Positions 12,161-25,399 are shown, counted from the stretch's first letter. The stretch is 64,000 nt of DNA from Eledone cirrhosa (GCA_964016885.1 OZ024740.1:209374001-209438000); one strand, 5' to 3'. Notes: generated by a model not told the origin, from the sequence alone. Translations and numbers: made by a program.

Positions 12161-13344
12161 GAATAAATAAATTCAGCTATATGAAACTTTCAACTCAGTT
12201 TATGATTTAAAAAGTATGTTTTTATAAAATGTAACAAAATGGCATATATTCAAGGCATTTTGAAAATTTTATTTCAACTAGCTACTCCAAAAATGCTGTA
12301 TTTATAACCATTGAAAAAGCACACCTAGACATGCAGTTATTTTATTTGTAAAGACCATAAACATAGAATCATGTAGTATGTATTTGTGGAAAATCTAATA
12401 CAGGACCTTCCCACTCCTTTTGAAGGAACGCCTCTCTGGTTGATCTCTACCACTGTCTGTTTGTTTTGGTCATGTCAAGTGTGTGGTTCTAACCACACTG
12501 GTGAGGCTATTTAACCTATAGTTGGGGTGGATATCCATTGACTCTGAGGAGTTCATCCACACTTTTAACAGCTCTTGGATTTGGTGCTGCTGGGGTTCCA
12601 CTTAACCTCCTCATCAGACAAGAGTTTAGTGGGGGGGGGGGGGGGCAGTTTATTCGCCAACCACTTGACCATGAAGCTACTCGTACTAGGTTACATTGTA
12701 CCAGTAGTAGGCAAAAGCTTGACCTGACTAAACATTGAAATATTTCAGAAAAACTATATTCAGTCATCAGATTTGGTAGAGTGTCAGACAAATTATTTGT
12801 GGTATATATTCCAAATCCATGCATTCTGAGTTCAAATCCTACCAAAGTCAACTTTGCCTTCCACGTTTGATAAAGTACCAATCCATGACTGGTAGACTGG
12901 TAGAATTGTTACAGAATATGACCCAGAAATCAAAAAAGCTGGAACAGCATTTGTTCCAACTTTTTGAAATCTGTGTTACATCCTGATTTGACTCACTTTG
13001 GTGGTAGACTTAACTGTCCTCCTTTACTACATGAAACTGCATTAACAAAGCATTTAAAAGTAGAAAACAACACCATGACTGCATCACTTGAAAAGTTAGA
13101 GTCCTTATTTTAGTTTACTACTAATTTTCACAATAATCTTTCACTAGTAGAAATACTAAAAAAAGTACTAAAATTAACAAACCTACTTTTAGATAGTTTC
13201 TGTCAATTCATTACAGGATTTTAAGAGATAAAACTTCATATTTCCACAATCTGTCCAATAGTAAAAGTATAATAAACATTTGGATTAACAAACCTATTTT
13301 TAGATATTTTCTGCTAAATTATCACATGACATTATGAGTTAATC

Positions 13345-13490
13345 AGTCACCTGGTTTAACCTTGCCCTTGGGTGACTTTAGTGGAGTCTACTCTGTTGCC
13401 AGTATTCAGACCAGGTCCTCAGTTTGTGGATACCTTCCCACTCGTCTCAGAAATCCTGAAAATGGTCATGGGTTCTACCTTTTCTCCTGA
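13345..13490 (-). repeat. Dispersed repeat (unclassified SINE/LINE tail)
   Basis: Reverse-complement similarity to 32745-32870 and 8640-8765 (GACCTGGTCT..GACTCCACTAAAG..GTTAAAC). Confidence 0.55.
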
Positions 13491-13818
13491 CTAAATGATT
13501 AAAACCAAACACATCAGCTGTCTTGAAGCCTATTTTTGTATAATATACAAAATATATAATATATATATATTAAAGAAGCACTTTATGTCTCTCAATATAG
13601 GTATAATCTTATGTGATGAGAGTTGTATACTTAGCTTGTATAAAATCTGGAAGTTTGTTTTTCTTATCTCAGACTTACTGTTAGCTTACTTTAAGTTAGA
13701 TAACATTTATAAAGCTCCATTGTTATAAACCACACAGTATTGTTTCCCTCTTTATAAGAAACAAAGACTAAGACAAATAAATTTCAATTTATATGATGAT
13801 TATTATTATGATTATGTA

Positions 13819-14035
13819 TGGTGGATTGGAAGAATCAGTAGAGCACCAGACAGCATGTTTTACAACATAGTTATGATTCTTTACATTCTAAGTTCAAATC
13901 CTACCAAGGTTAACTTTGTCTTTCATCCTTATGGGGTCGATAAAATGAAGTACCAGTAATGCACTGAGGGCGATATATAATCAACTTTCCCCTCAAATTG
14001 TTGGCCTTGTGCTTAAATCAGAAATGATTATGATT
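13819..14035 (+). mobile_element. SINE-A copy
   Basis: Full head, Deu/Nin-like core and tail. Confidence 0.85.
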
Positions 14036-14621
14036 ATAGCATAAGGTGGTAGGTTGGTACAAATTGTAGAATACAACAAAATGATGATTTAGAACAAAGG
14101 TTCGAGGGGGGGGGGGGGCGACTTGGAAGCCCCTTTAGTTTGGTAAGTTTTATAAGTCATATTTGTACAGCTCTTAGTCAGCCAGTGTGAATGCATTTGA
14201 ATGAAGAACACGAAGAAAATAAATAAAAGAACCTTGTCAACGAATTCCCTAGCGAGATAAAAGAAAAACAAAAGAAATCAAAGAAAATGAAAATAAGGAC
14301 AACGTCAACTTTTACAACAGTTACAAGAACAACTTCAACAGAAATGACAACAAAAAGAAGCAATGGTGGTGAAAGGTGTGGGTGTATACATATACATACA
14401 TACGAACATACACACACGTGCATACATACATACATACATACATACATACATACATACATACACACACACATATATACACACACAGGCCGGTGTTAGTGTT
14501 TGATGAGGTTGAGAACCTGGTCAGCTTTCAGCCAGAGCTGTGGTATTTAAACTCCCTAGGTAATAAAATCTGGAGACAAAAATGTTCTCCTTACCAAAAA
14601 GAAAACATAAATCATGTCAAC

Positions 14622-14746
14622 ATCCTTACACACTTAAATATAAATGCATGTATATATATACAAATGTATAAATGCATAGCTATATACATACGTAAATGTA
14701 TGTATGTATATATGTATGTATGTAGATTTATATATATATAAATCTA

Positions 14747-14780
<34 letters not shown>

Positions 14781-15351
14781 ATACATTACCAGAGAAAGCT
14801 TTAAGCTATACTCTGACTGGCTTCCATCTCACTCAACAAACATTAGAATATACCTTAGTATAATCCCAATTTTACATTTGGGGTGCTAACTATATGTATT
14901 TTGCGGATAGCCAGTTGTATTATTTTATATGAGACATAATTAAAATACATCTCCCTTTCCAAACAATTGTTTCATTATAAGTTTTCTACAAGTTGGGAAA
15001 AATGTGTCCAGGTTATGTAGAAGCCTGCACATAGTCCGTAGGAATATATGCAGGTGGGCACTTATAAATCATCAGTGGATGCCCGTCAAACATCGATATA
15101 AAAAAACTTTCTTACCGATATCCAATCCAATGTTAGCGATGGTCCCTCTCCATATCAGAATGACCGCCAAATTTGAAATTCCAGCAGTCTCAGAATGAGA
15201 AATTTCACACTGTCATCAAGCGGAAAGGGGAGGTCATCGCGAAACATAAGAAAGTAAAATAATATGCACGCGGGTCAATTAATTTTTTCAATAATTTTAA
15301 CCTTGCGTGTGAAGAACTCAATTAGATTTTTAAAAAATAAATATATGCATG

Positions 15352-15385
<34 letters not shown>

Positions 15386-15467
15386 CTACATACATTTACG
15401 TATGTATATAGCTATGCATTTATACATTTGTATATATACATGCATTTATATTTAAGTGTGTAAGGAT
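14622..15467. repeat. Long inverted repeat flanking a TA-bounded unique segment
   Basis: 14622-14740 is the reverse complement of 15375-15467 apart from a microsatellite length difference. Confidence 0.8.
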
Positions 15468-15540
15468 ATATATATATGTGTGTATGTGTGTGTATAATAT
15501 ATATATTACACACAGACACACACACACACATATATATATA

Positions 15541-15800
15541 TGCGCAGTGTGAGAAGAAGCTTGCTTCCCAACCACATGTTTCCAGGTTCAGTCCCACTGC
15601 CCGGGCCAACCAAAGCCCTGTGAGTGGATTTGATATACCGAAACTGAAAGAAGCGCATTGTATATATGTATATATGTCTGTGTGTCTCTTTGCATTTGTG
15701 TTTGCCCTCCCACCAATGCTTGTTGGTTTGTTGACGTCCCCATAACTTACCAAAGTGATGCTCCAGCATGGGCGTAGTCCAGAGACAGAAAAAAAGTAAA
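15541..15800 (+). mobile_element. SINE-C copy with internal deletion
   Basis: GCTTCCCAACCACATG..GGTTCAGTCCCACTG..CCAAAGCCCTGTGAGTGGATTTG. Confidence 0.7.
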
Positions 15801-15826
15801 GTATATATGTGTGTGTGTGTGTAGAA

Positions 15827-16214
15827 GAGGGGGTCTCAAACTCAAGGACACAAAAGGGCCATTACGTCCTGGAGGAGAGGCACAGTGGGCCAAACGTGGT
15901 GGTGGGTGAATCATTTCTACTATTGGAACAAGGCATGAAATTTGGGGTTTAAGGTTCAGTCGATTACATCGATCCTAGTACACAACTGGTACTTAATTCA
16001 TTGACCCCAAAACGATGAAAGGCAAAGTTGAGATCAGCGGAATTTGAACTCAGAACGTAAACACGGAAGAAGTACCGTTAAGCATTTCGCCAGATGTGCT
16101 AACGATTCCACCAGCTCACCGCCTTATTTTCACCAGTTATAATGTAATATGAAATATTGGTTCTACCACGGGCCACAGAAAAGTAGTTCGCGGGCTGCAT
16201 GTTTGAGCCCCTTG
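15827..16214. mobile_element. hAT-type MITE containing a minus-strand SINE-A (~15925-16125)
   Basis: TIR-like ends AGGGGGTCTCAAAC / GTTTGAGCCCCTTG with subterminal CGGGCCAC and CGGGCTGC motifs. Confidence 0.65.
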
Positions 16215-16228
16215 TTGGAAATAGATAT

Positions 16229-17030
16229 GTTTCTTTATTAGCCACAGAGGCACAAAAGAAGGGGGACAAATACAAAGGGGGAAGTTTACATACAATAAAA
16301 ACGTGTAAAATATTATCACAAATGCAATTTAAAAATTAATCGATTTTCCCCAATAGGGGGAGACATTACATATGGGTAACACATGCCCCTGAAAAAATGT
16401 GCAACCCTCATCTCCAGGAGTACGAAGAGTGAGTACCCCTTTCGTCTCTTCCTCTTTTTCCTTAACCTACAGGCTGATATAGAGAGAAGGCCCATTCACT
16501 CAGGCCATTCTCACCACTTTCACCCACCTTTCATAAAACTTGCTGGGGTACAGCACCTCTCTCTCTATCCTGATTCTTCTTCCAAAGTGGTATTTGAAAA
16601 AAAGAATCAGTTGTTGGCCAGAGAGAAAGGTGTCTGACTTCAGCCCTTTTAACCTCGTCCACCATACAACCTCTTTCGCCATAGCTATCACACAAAGGAA
16701 AACCGCCTCTCCTTCGTTTTTGAAGGAGGGTGGCGGTTTGATCATGACAATGGACTAGGTGGTCAACTGGATTGGTCCCACCGGCGACAATAGTCGTTCT
16801 ACATAGCCCCACAGGTCGGTAACGCCCAGGCAGTGTACGAATGCATGCGCGACGGTTTCTTCATCTTGCATGCATCTTGGACAGATCTTTTTCGAAGGGT
16901 CCCTTTCCGGGCGCCCATGTCTGTAGAGGTTGTCTCGAACTGGTAGAGCTCCTCGGTAACACTGCCAGGCCAGGGACTTTTGGAAGTTGTCCATCGGTCC
17001 CGGGCGGAAGGTCCTAGCGAACAGACCTGT
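16229..17030 (-). mobile_element. 5'-truncated L1/Tx1-like LINE (ORF2 C-terminal zf-RVT region and 3' UTR)
   Basis: In-frame ORFs 17096-16755 and 16745-16500 split by one stop: LAWQCYRGALPVRDNL..CPRCMQDEETVAHAFVHC; AATAAA on the minus strand at 16234-16239. Confidence 0.85.
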
Positions 17031-17370
17031 TGAGATAGATAGATAGACGTGTACCAAACATACACACACACACACATTTCTTACTCTCACTGTCACTCCC
17101 GCTTTCTCTCTTCATTTATATATATATATATATATATGGCGTTGTTATTTGGCGTTGTTGAAAAGAGCAGTAGCCGTTGACCTGGCAATAAAAACTGGAG
17201 ACAAAATTCTTTCTGTACCAAAACCAAGTTACACACACAGAAGTGTGTGTGTGTGTATCTATGTATACAGATAGTTCTTTCTCACTGTCACCAAGCTTCT
17301 CAATTCATTTGTTGCTACTAAGTATTTTATTTTGCAAGGGTTTTTTTTTTTCCTGAGTTTGTGATTTCAG

Positions 17371-17376
17371 AGAAAG
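17371..17376 (+). other. Candidate 6-nt micro-exon (AGAAAG)
   Basis: T-rich tract, then tttcag|AGAAAG|gtaaga; splice signals only. Confidence 0.3.
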
Positions 17377-17859
17377 GTAAGAAATTATTCATATTTTGCA
17401 TCTTTTGTATTTTGACTTTACAGTTTGAATTGTAGAATTGTCCATCCACTCAAAATATTACAACAGCTAACAGTGAAATATAGAATTTAAAAAAAAAGCT
17501 TTTTGACTGAGATCAAATCTTTGAGAACATTCACGTCTATTGCTTTTGTTTTGGACTGAAATTTTTTTGTATTTAATTTGTACGAGTATTTTTTTAAAGA
17601 TTCTAACATAACTTGATTTGGCCCAGTAATCTACTGATATCAAAATCAGTAGTATATTGAAAAATGGAAAAATAGTGTAGGGGGTGTTTCGTGATTTTGA
17701 AGGGCAAAAGGCGTTTGGCCAAAATGGGTTGAGAACCTTTGATTTAGAATATTTAGATTTGTCTTTCTACATTTGGGGTTATGAATAGTGACTTTGCTTT
17801 GCCTTCTTCTTTGGGTAGGAGTGATAAAATATGTATCAAGCATAATATACAAAGTTAAT

Positions 17860-18083
17860 TTAACCTGTTCATTGTAATATTTCTCATAAAAACACGGCCT
17901 TCTATTACTTTAAAATAATTTTGAAATGAATGAATTTGAAGGGATTTAGCAAAATAACTTCATAAGAAGTCTTACGTAAAATTTGATGGAAAGTTTTAAG
18001 ATAATTATAAACATTTTAAAACAAACAGTTTTATATCATAGAGACAAGGATGGTTTTATGTGGCTTGGTATGAAAAGGGTTAA
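17860..18083 (-). mobile_element. piggyBac-type MITE family 2
   Basis: TTAA flanks; ends AAAAGGGttaa; inverse homolog of 1571-1812. Confidence 0.6.
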
Positions 18084-18125
18084 ATTGTTAACACTGTTCC
18101 ACATTTCTCTTTTGACCAAATTCAG

Positions 18126-18156
18126 ACCCCATGTGCCAATGTAAGAGATGGTTAAG
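18126..18156 (+). other. Candidate 31-nt exon (only open frame reads xPMCQCKRWL)
   Basis: tttctcttttgaccaaattcag|...TTAAG|gtaaga; splice signals only. Confidence 0.3.
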
Positions 18157-18989
18157 GTAAGAGAAAACCAGACTAAAATACTTTATAAATATTCCATAAT
18201 TTAAGAGAGTAATAGCCCTGAAATATCATGCTGGGTAAAACATGACTTTGTTTTGTTTTATTTGTCATTTTCCCTTTATATATTTCTACCGCATTGTACC
18301 AGCTTTTTGAAAATTATTGGTCTTTTAATAATTATTTCTTTCATATTTAATAATTCTATCAGAACCAATCTCACCTTTCATCACTTCAAGGCATTGGAAA
18401 CAATCCAATTGATTATATCTCTCATCTAGGAATATTGACCATACAATTAAAAATATTATTGTAGTCAAACATCATGTATATGTAAATCAATTTCTCAGAT
18501 CCCCATGAAGTGCTGAGGAGATAAATATAAAGAATGATATACTAATGCATGGAGATGTTGTAAAATAGCTTATAAAATAGGATGAAGTCCCTCAGACAGA
18601 AAAAGAAGCTGCCATCAGCTGCTATCTGGGAGATATGGGGCTCAATTCCTAATAGTGGTTGATATCAGCTTCGTTTTCCATCATTTTATAAGTTATTCTA
18701 TAGCATTTCCGTGTATGAGCACATCATTCTTTATGTTAATATCATTGTAGTGGTGTTCCTATTTGCTTGTAGAGTTTTCTAGATCTATCCCGTGTTGATT
18801 AACTGTTCCATTCTATCATCACCATATCACTATATCAACTATTTCTTCTGCAGTGTTATAGTGCTAGGATGAGTTTTTCTTTGACTCTCACACTCAATTT
18901 TATCATATACTTCAGTTCCTTAGTGCACAACTTAATATATATCTGAATTAACTACCAACACAAATGCTAATAATATGCAAATTAGTACA

Positions 18990-19330
18990 TGTGAAGGCAC
19001 ATGGGTTAGTTTTTTGAGCATTGGGGTCTCAATCATGTGGTTGTGGGTTTGATTTCTGAACTGGGTAATGTGTCGTGTTCTTCAGCAAGACACTATTTCA
19101 TGTTGCTCCAGTTTACGCAGCTGTAGAAATAAGTTGCAATGTTACTGATGCTAAGCTGTATCAGCCATTGCCTTTCCCTTGGACAACATCGGTGGCATGG
19201 AGAGGGGAGACTGGTATACTTGAGCGACTGCTGGTCTTCCACAAACAACCTTGCCAGGACTTGTGCCTTTGAGGGGAACTTTCTAGGTGCAAATCCCATG
19301 GTTATTCGTGATGGAAGGAGGTCTTTACCC
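18990..19330 (+). mobile_element. SINE-B head with alternative body
   Basis: GGCACATGG.TTAG..AGCAAGACACT.TTTCA head followed by CCTTTCCCTTGGACAACATCGGTGGCATGG; homolog at ~7570-7900. Confidence 0.7.
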
Positions 19331-19449
19331 ATAGTGCAACAGCCACTTCAGGATATTACTATAAGTGATGGGGTATATAAGACTCTTGGTTATGTATTTC
19401 CTTGTGGTTGTTTAGATGATATGAAGACCCAACTGGGTCTGAAAATTAA

Positions 19450-19678
19450 TTAACCCTTTAGCATTTAAACAGGCCATATCTGGCCAGAATTCTCTCACCT
19501 CTTTCTGTTCAAACCGTCTGTAACTGGCCACTCATACTGATGTTAAGGTATTGTTCTCAAAATAAATAATATCAACATCTCATAGATTTGATATTATGTG
19601 AGATAATTATGTGAGGTAAAGCCTTTGCTATGAAAATATAATAGTAAATATAGAGTAATGTAAATGCTAAAGGGTTAA
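19450..19678 (-). mobile_element. piggyBac-type MITE family 1
   Basis: TTAA TSDs and perfect TIRs. Confidence 0.9.
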
Positions 19679-19954
19679 AGGTATTTATAATTTTTTTCAA
19701 TTTACAGAGAAATGTATATTTGGCTTGTTTACATGTCTATATAATAAAAGTACATAAATATATATAAACATTTACATAGTCTTGATTACCTTTAAACTGT
19801 ATGTATACAGATATAATTTTATCAAATTCTTTGGCTGCTTAGTGCACAACCTAAAATTTATCATTTTCCTTTGCTAATCTTACTTTGATATTGTCTATTG
19901 CACTCTAGAATTTCTAATGTAATAAAAACAATCATTAGCTAAATGATTAAAGAG

Positions 19955-20370
19955 GGCAGTAGATTTGCAAAGTCGGCAGAGCATCAGACAAATCTTTAGC
20001 AGTATTTGTTCTGGCGCTTTATATTCTGAGTTCAAATCCTACTGAGGTCAATTTTACCTTTCATGTTTCTGAGGTCAATAAAGTAAAGTACCAGTCAAAT
20101 ACTGGGGTTGATATAATAGACTTTCCTATCGCTTGAATTGCTGGCCTTGTGCCAAAATTAGAAACCGTTATCGAAATAACTAAAAACGTGGTGGGTTAAC
20201 AGTATCGTTAAAGCTTCAGACAAAATGTTTCTTAGCATTTAATTTTAACTCTTTACATTCTGTGTTCAAATCCCAGGTTGGATAAAATTGAGTACCAGTC
20301 AACTACTGAGGTTGGTTTAATTGACTTATCTCTTCCCTAAATCTGATCCTAAATTAGAAATCATTATTTA
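19955..20370 (+). mobile_element. Two tandem old SINE-A copies
   Basis: B-box, core and tail occur twice. Confidence 0.7.
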
Positions 20371-20726
20371 ATGGACTTCACTAAAAGGCGAAAGATTTAT
20401 CTGCTTGGGGTGAATCTCCCTGAGAATTACATTAAGGGTACAACGTGTCTGTGGAATACTCAGTCACTTATACATTAATTCATGAGCAGGCTGTTCTGTT
20501 GATCGAACTACTGGAATACTCATTGTCAAAAACAACGAAGGTCCATTTGTTGTCATAGTGTGTGTGTGTTTGCATATGTGTGTGTTTGCATATGTGTGTG
20601 TGTATGCATATGTGTGTGTGTGTTTGCATATGTGTGTGTGCATAAACTTGTGTGTATGAATGTGTGTGTATATGTATGTGTGTACAAGTGTCTGTATGTG
20701 TGTACAAGTGTGTGTGTGTGTGTGCA

Positions 20727-20758
<32 letters not shown>

Positions 20759-21237
20759 TGTTTGTGTGTACAATGTATGTGTGAATGCATATGTCTTTGT
20801 ATGTATGTCAATGCATATGTCTGTGTATGTGTGTGGTGTATGTGAATGTATGTGTACATGCATGCATTACTTTTTTGCTTTAAATCATAAATTCATTATC
20901 ATGCTTCTTTCTGTTGAAGCATATGAAGACAATATAATATTCTTAGAGTGAAATTTATATAACCTCTGTGAAAACATGTGGTTTAATGGTTAGATAATTG
21001 GATTCACAATTGTGAGGTTGACAGTTTGATTCCCAGAGAGCATGGTGTGTTATTTCCTTAAACAAGATACTTTATTTCATGTTGCTCCTTCTGCCAGGAG
21101 TTGTAACTGGTGGATAGTATTAGCAATTGGAACGATCAATGGAAACATTGTTTCCTTGGTCCGATTTGATGAGTTCCACCCCACTTGGTAAGCAAACGAG
21201 ATCTGGGATCTTGTTGATTGAAAATTGTATATGATCT

Positions 21238-21467
21238 TTAACCCTTTAGCATTTAAACCGGCCGTATCTGGCCAGAATTCTCTCACCTCTTTCTGTTCAA
21301 ACTGGCCGTAACTGGCCACTCATACAGACATTATGGTATTTTTCTCAAAGAAAGATAACATAAAAATCTCATAGATTTGATATTATGTGATATATTTATG
21401 TAAGATAATGCGTTTACCACAAAAATACAATAGTAAATATAGAGTAATATAAATGCTAAAGGGTTAA
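21238..21467 (-). mobile_element. piggyBac-type MITE family 1
   Basis: TTAA TSDs and TIRs. Confidence 0.9.
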
Positions 21468-22662
21468 CTAAATTTTCAGACTTTAAATGTTTCCCAATTT
21501 ATAACTGACTGGGATTTTTGAATTTGTATGCAGTTTACACATTTAGTTATTGTTTTATTGAAACTGTCATCATCATATCACCACTACCACTATCGCCATA
21601 ATCACCACCCATCCCCTCATCATCATTATCACCACCACTACCACCACTCTTCCCCTCATTGCCATCACCCTCATCGTCATATTCATCACCATCATCACAA
21701 TCACTGCCACTATGACCATAACCCCCCCCCCCCTCCCCATCATTACCACTATCACCACCACTACTACCACCCTTCTTTACTCACATTGTCATCAACATCA
21801 TCATCATTACTATTAACATCACCTTTCCGCCTGTTCATCACCACCACCCCATTATCATCACCACTCACCTCTTCTTTTTTATTATCGTCTGTATGAGTAC
21901 AGAACCAACTCTGAACATATATATTACTTTTGCCAGTTCAGAACACCTGTGGGGCTTACATAATTGCAATTCGTACCTGGCAGTCATGTGATATGATGTT
22001 AGGGCTAGTTCATATGCTTTGTTTTATTTGTTTTATATATATATATAAATTTTGTTGCTTGTCAAAAAAAATTTGTTGAATTAAAGATTAGGAAAAGAGG
22101 ACTTTGCTTTCCTTGTCATGATATTTATAGCAATCCTTCTTTTTGTGAAAGGTAGTTTGTTATGCTAGGGCACAATGTTGTACATTCATTCAGCCCTTAA
22201 AGAAACAACTTTCTGAAAATGTTTTTCTCTTCACTTTTCTTCTTTTTTTTTTCAATTTTCTCTGTTTTTTATTAACTTTTTGGTGGATAGGTAGGAGAGA
22301 AAATATTAGGGTAGCCATTTATTCTGTTCTAAGAAATAAATCCTTGTTGAACATCCAGCATGTGAAAATTGGAAGGGGAGAGGGCTGCCCTAGCACTGGG
22401 CTGGTATTTGCTTTATTGACCCAGAAAGGATAAAAGGCAAAGTGGACCTTGGCAGGATTAATTATCAGTAGCACTAAAATAGCAATATTCATAATAGAGG
22501 TGTACAAGAAGGCACATATGACATGTTTATGTATAATTAATATGTCTAAGTCTTGCTATGTCTATTTTCAGCTGTGAACATGTCACAGTTATCTCAGTAG
22601 CTGTGCAAGAACACTAGATTATGAATCACACTTGCTACATTGCTACTACTAATCTAATTTTG

Positions 22663-23010
22663 ATAGTTAATGTTTCTTTAAACATCTTCTAAAGTTTATT
22701 ACACTCTCTGTTATTAACAGGGATGGTATTTCTATATCATTATCATCATCATCATTTTACGTTTACTATTACATACTTGCATGGGTTGGACAGGTCTTTT
22801 ATACACTCAATTGTTAATAGTTAATATTTCTCTAAACAATTTCTAAAGTTTATTACACTCTGTTATTAACAGGGATGGTATTTCTTTATCATCATCATCG
22901 TCATCATCATCAATTTACGTCCACTGCTACATACTTGCATGGATTGGACAGGTCTTTTATATCCTCTATTGTTAATAGTTAATATTTCTCTAAACAACTT
23001 GCAAACCTTA
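22663..23010. repeat. ~155-bp tandem duplication (about 2.2 units) including a short RTE-type tail
   Basis: ATAGTTAAT unit starts at 22663, 22817 and 22975. Confidence 0.85.
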
Positions 23011-23214
23011 TTACTAACATAATGACTAGTATTATGATACACAACTAGATACAATAAAACATTCCATTGTTAGCTTCTATTTTATTAAGTAAATTACTGT
23101 AATCATAATTAAAAGTTAAATTTATATTTATGATAATATATACAACCAGTCTACCTAGGAAGGTGGTTGTGCTGGTGATATGATGAAAAACACCCATTCC
23201 ACCCTATTAGATGT

Positions 23215-23401
23215 AGGGCGGTGGTTTGGCAGTATCGGTAGAGCGTCAGACACCATGCTTTGCAGCATAGTTATGGCCCTTTGCATTCTGAGTTCAAATC
23301 CCGCCGAGGTTAACTTTGCCTTTCATCCTTACGAGGTCGATAAAATAAAGTACCAGTGATGAACTGGGGTAATCGTTGGCCTTGTGCCAAAAGTAGAAAC
23401 T
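23215..23401 (+). mobile_element. Full-length SINE-A with TSD CTATTAGATGT
   Basis: TSD at 23204-23214 and 23402-23412. Confidence 0.9.
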
Positions 23402-24479
23402 CTATTAGATGTTGTGTTGGTGATACAATGAATAAACACCCAGTCCACACTGTAACATTAGGAAGGGCATCAAGCTGTGTAAACCAAGTAAAAAATACAG
23501 ATCTGTATGAGCAAGACATGGTCACTTGACCTGACATATCTCATATCAAGGCAGCCTGTCTAACCCAGGCAAACATGCAAAATGGATGTTAGATGATGAT
23601 GATGATGATGTGCATATATTAGTGTTCTATTTATAATAATATATACATGGTTAGATGGTTAAGAAGTTTGTTTCACAACTACATAATTTTAGGGTTTGAT
23701 CTTATTGCACAACGCCTTGGGCAAGTGTGTTCTACTCTAGTCTTGGGCTAAACAATACCTTGTGTGTGAATTTGCAGATGGAAACTGTGAGGAAGTCTGT
23801 CATGCATACATACACTCACATACACACACGTGTGTATGTCTATATGTGTGTGTCTGTCTCTGTGTGTCTTCATATGAACATTGTTTAAAGCAAGGAGTGA
23901 CCTTTGTTCATGTCCTGCATAACTGCATAAAACAATAGATCATGCAGCTATCTGTTTCAATCATGATGAGTGGTATATGCCATACTTAAAATAGCATGGG
24001 TTGGCCTCAGGAAGGGCGTTCTGTTGTAGAAAAATTGCTTCCATAAAGTCTCAATCAGACACCAATGCCAGCATGAAAATATGGACGTAGAAACAATGAA
24101 GAGGATGGTAGTGGTGATGATGATGATACAGGCTTTATTAATATATTTATAATAATATGTACGTATTTCTAAGTGGATTTGATGAAACTTGAAACATATT
24201 TGATAAACTAGAGGCAATGTTATTAGAATGTTATGAAACACAGTAATACCCCACCACCCCACCACAAAAATAAAAAAGAATCTCTTTCCTGTGTTTTCTG
24301 TATTTGAATTGTATAACCTTGTAATTTAAGAGGAATGTTTATAATAAGAAACAAGTTCAAGAGATGTGTTTCCAATGATAAACTTATGTTACCAAATTTC
24401 ACCTTCAAGGTTTTTGACTTCTTTAATAATAAAAAAAAATAATATATCATTACTGTCTCCCAGTGTACACAACAAAGCA

Positions 24480-24975
24480 TCAGTAGGTGCTGAGACCGTG
24501 TCTCTCACAGAACAACACTGAACAAGAAACCTGTTGCCTTAGATGTTGTCCTGTTAAAGACAAGACCACCACAGCAGACAAACCCCTCATCACTGATATG
24601 CTTTGAGGGACCACATTGTATATGAACTATGTTGTACATGCGAGAACAACTATATAAACTCTAAGAAGCACCAACTATACCATAGAGTTCTAATACACTC
24701 CTGAGCATTCTTTTCCAACATAAGAAAGTATGTGGAGGAGCCATCACAACAAAAATACTTGCAGAACACAGAGACACTGTAAACCTCCCAACTGCAGAAG
24801 CACATTTCATTAGGAAGTGGAAACCTTCTCTAAACTGTTGGAATGATCGGGACTCATGGAAACACATATATTCATACTCCAGTCAGTAACAGATTTGCCA
24901 GGTTACAAAATGAAAACACATATCTGATAAAAGATTTTAAATCAGAAAGTGCAAATCTGAAAGTGCTCACAAGTA
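24480..24975 (+). mobile_element. Penelope-like element remnant: GIY-YIG endonuclease pseudo-ORF and degenerate hammerhead
   Basis: HIVYELCCTCENNYINSKKHQLYHRVLIH (from 24612), frameshift, then FQHKKVCGGAITTKILAEHRDTVNLPTAEAHFIRKWKPSLN (to 24835); CTGATAA..GATTTTAAATC..GAAA at 24924-24948. Confidence 0.75.
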
Positions 24976-25083
24976 ACCACTACTAACCCAGTAACAAGGT
25001 TCTTAGTCTGTGGCTATTTACTTATTCATGGTATTTCATTTCACTATATTTATTTTATTCTACATTATCTCATTTCTCCCTTT

Positions 25084-25212
25084 ACGGCCCTTGCCATTCT
25101 GAGTTCAAATCCCGCCGAGGTTAACTTTGCCTTTTCATCCTTACGGGGTCAATAAAATAAAGTACCAGTAATGTACTGAGTAATTGCTGGTCTTGTGCCA
25201 AAAGTAGAAACA
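25084..25212 (+). mobile_element. 5'-truncated SINE-A with 20-bp TSD
   Basis: ATTAT(C/T)TCATTTCTCCCTTT at 25064-25083 and 25213-25232. Confidence 0.9.
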
Positions 25213-25399
25213 ATTATTTCATTTCTCCCTTTCAAATTCTACTCTCCCCTATATATACCACCACCTATACATACATCTATTTTCCCTAATTCCCACCCAT
25301 ACATACCTCTACCTACATAAACAAACAATAAGATGTAAAACATATACTGTTTTATAACAAGTTTTTATAACTTCATTTCTACTTTATTTCACTCTATCT

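Noticed and set aside
16212-17045. Possible TSD around the Tx1-like fragment (TATCTAT..CAACA)
   Set aside because: The match is imperfect, overlaps a microsatellite on one side and the hAT TIR on the other, and is not supportable.
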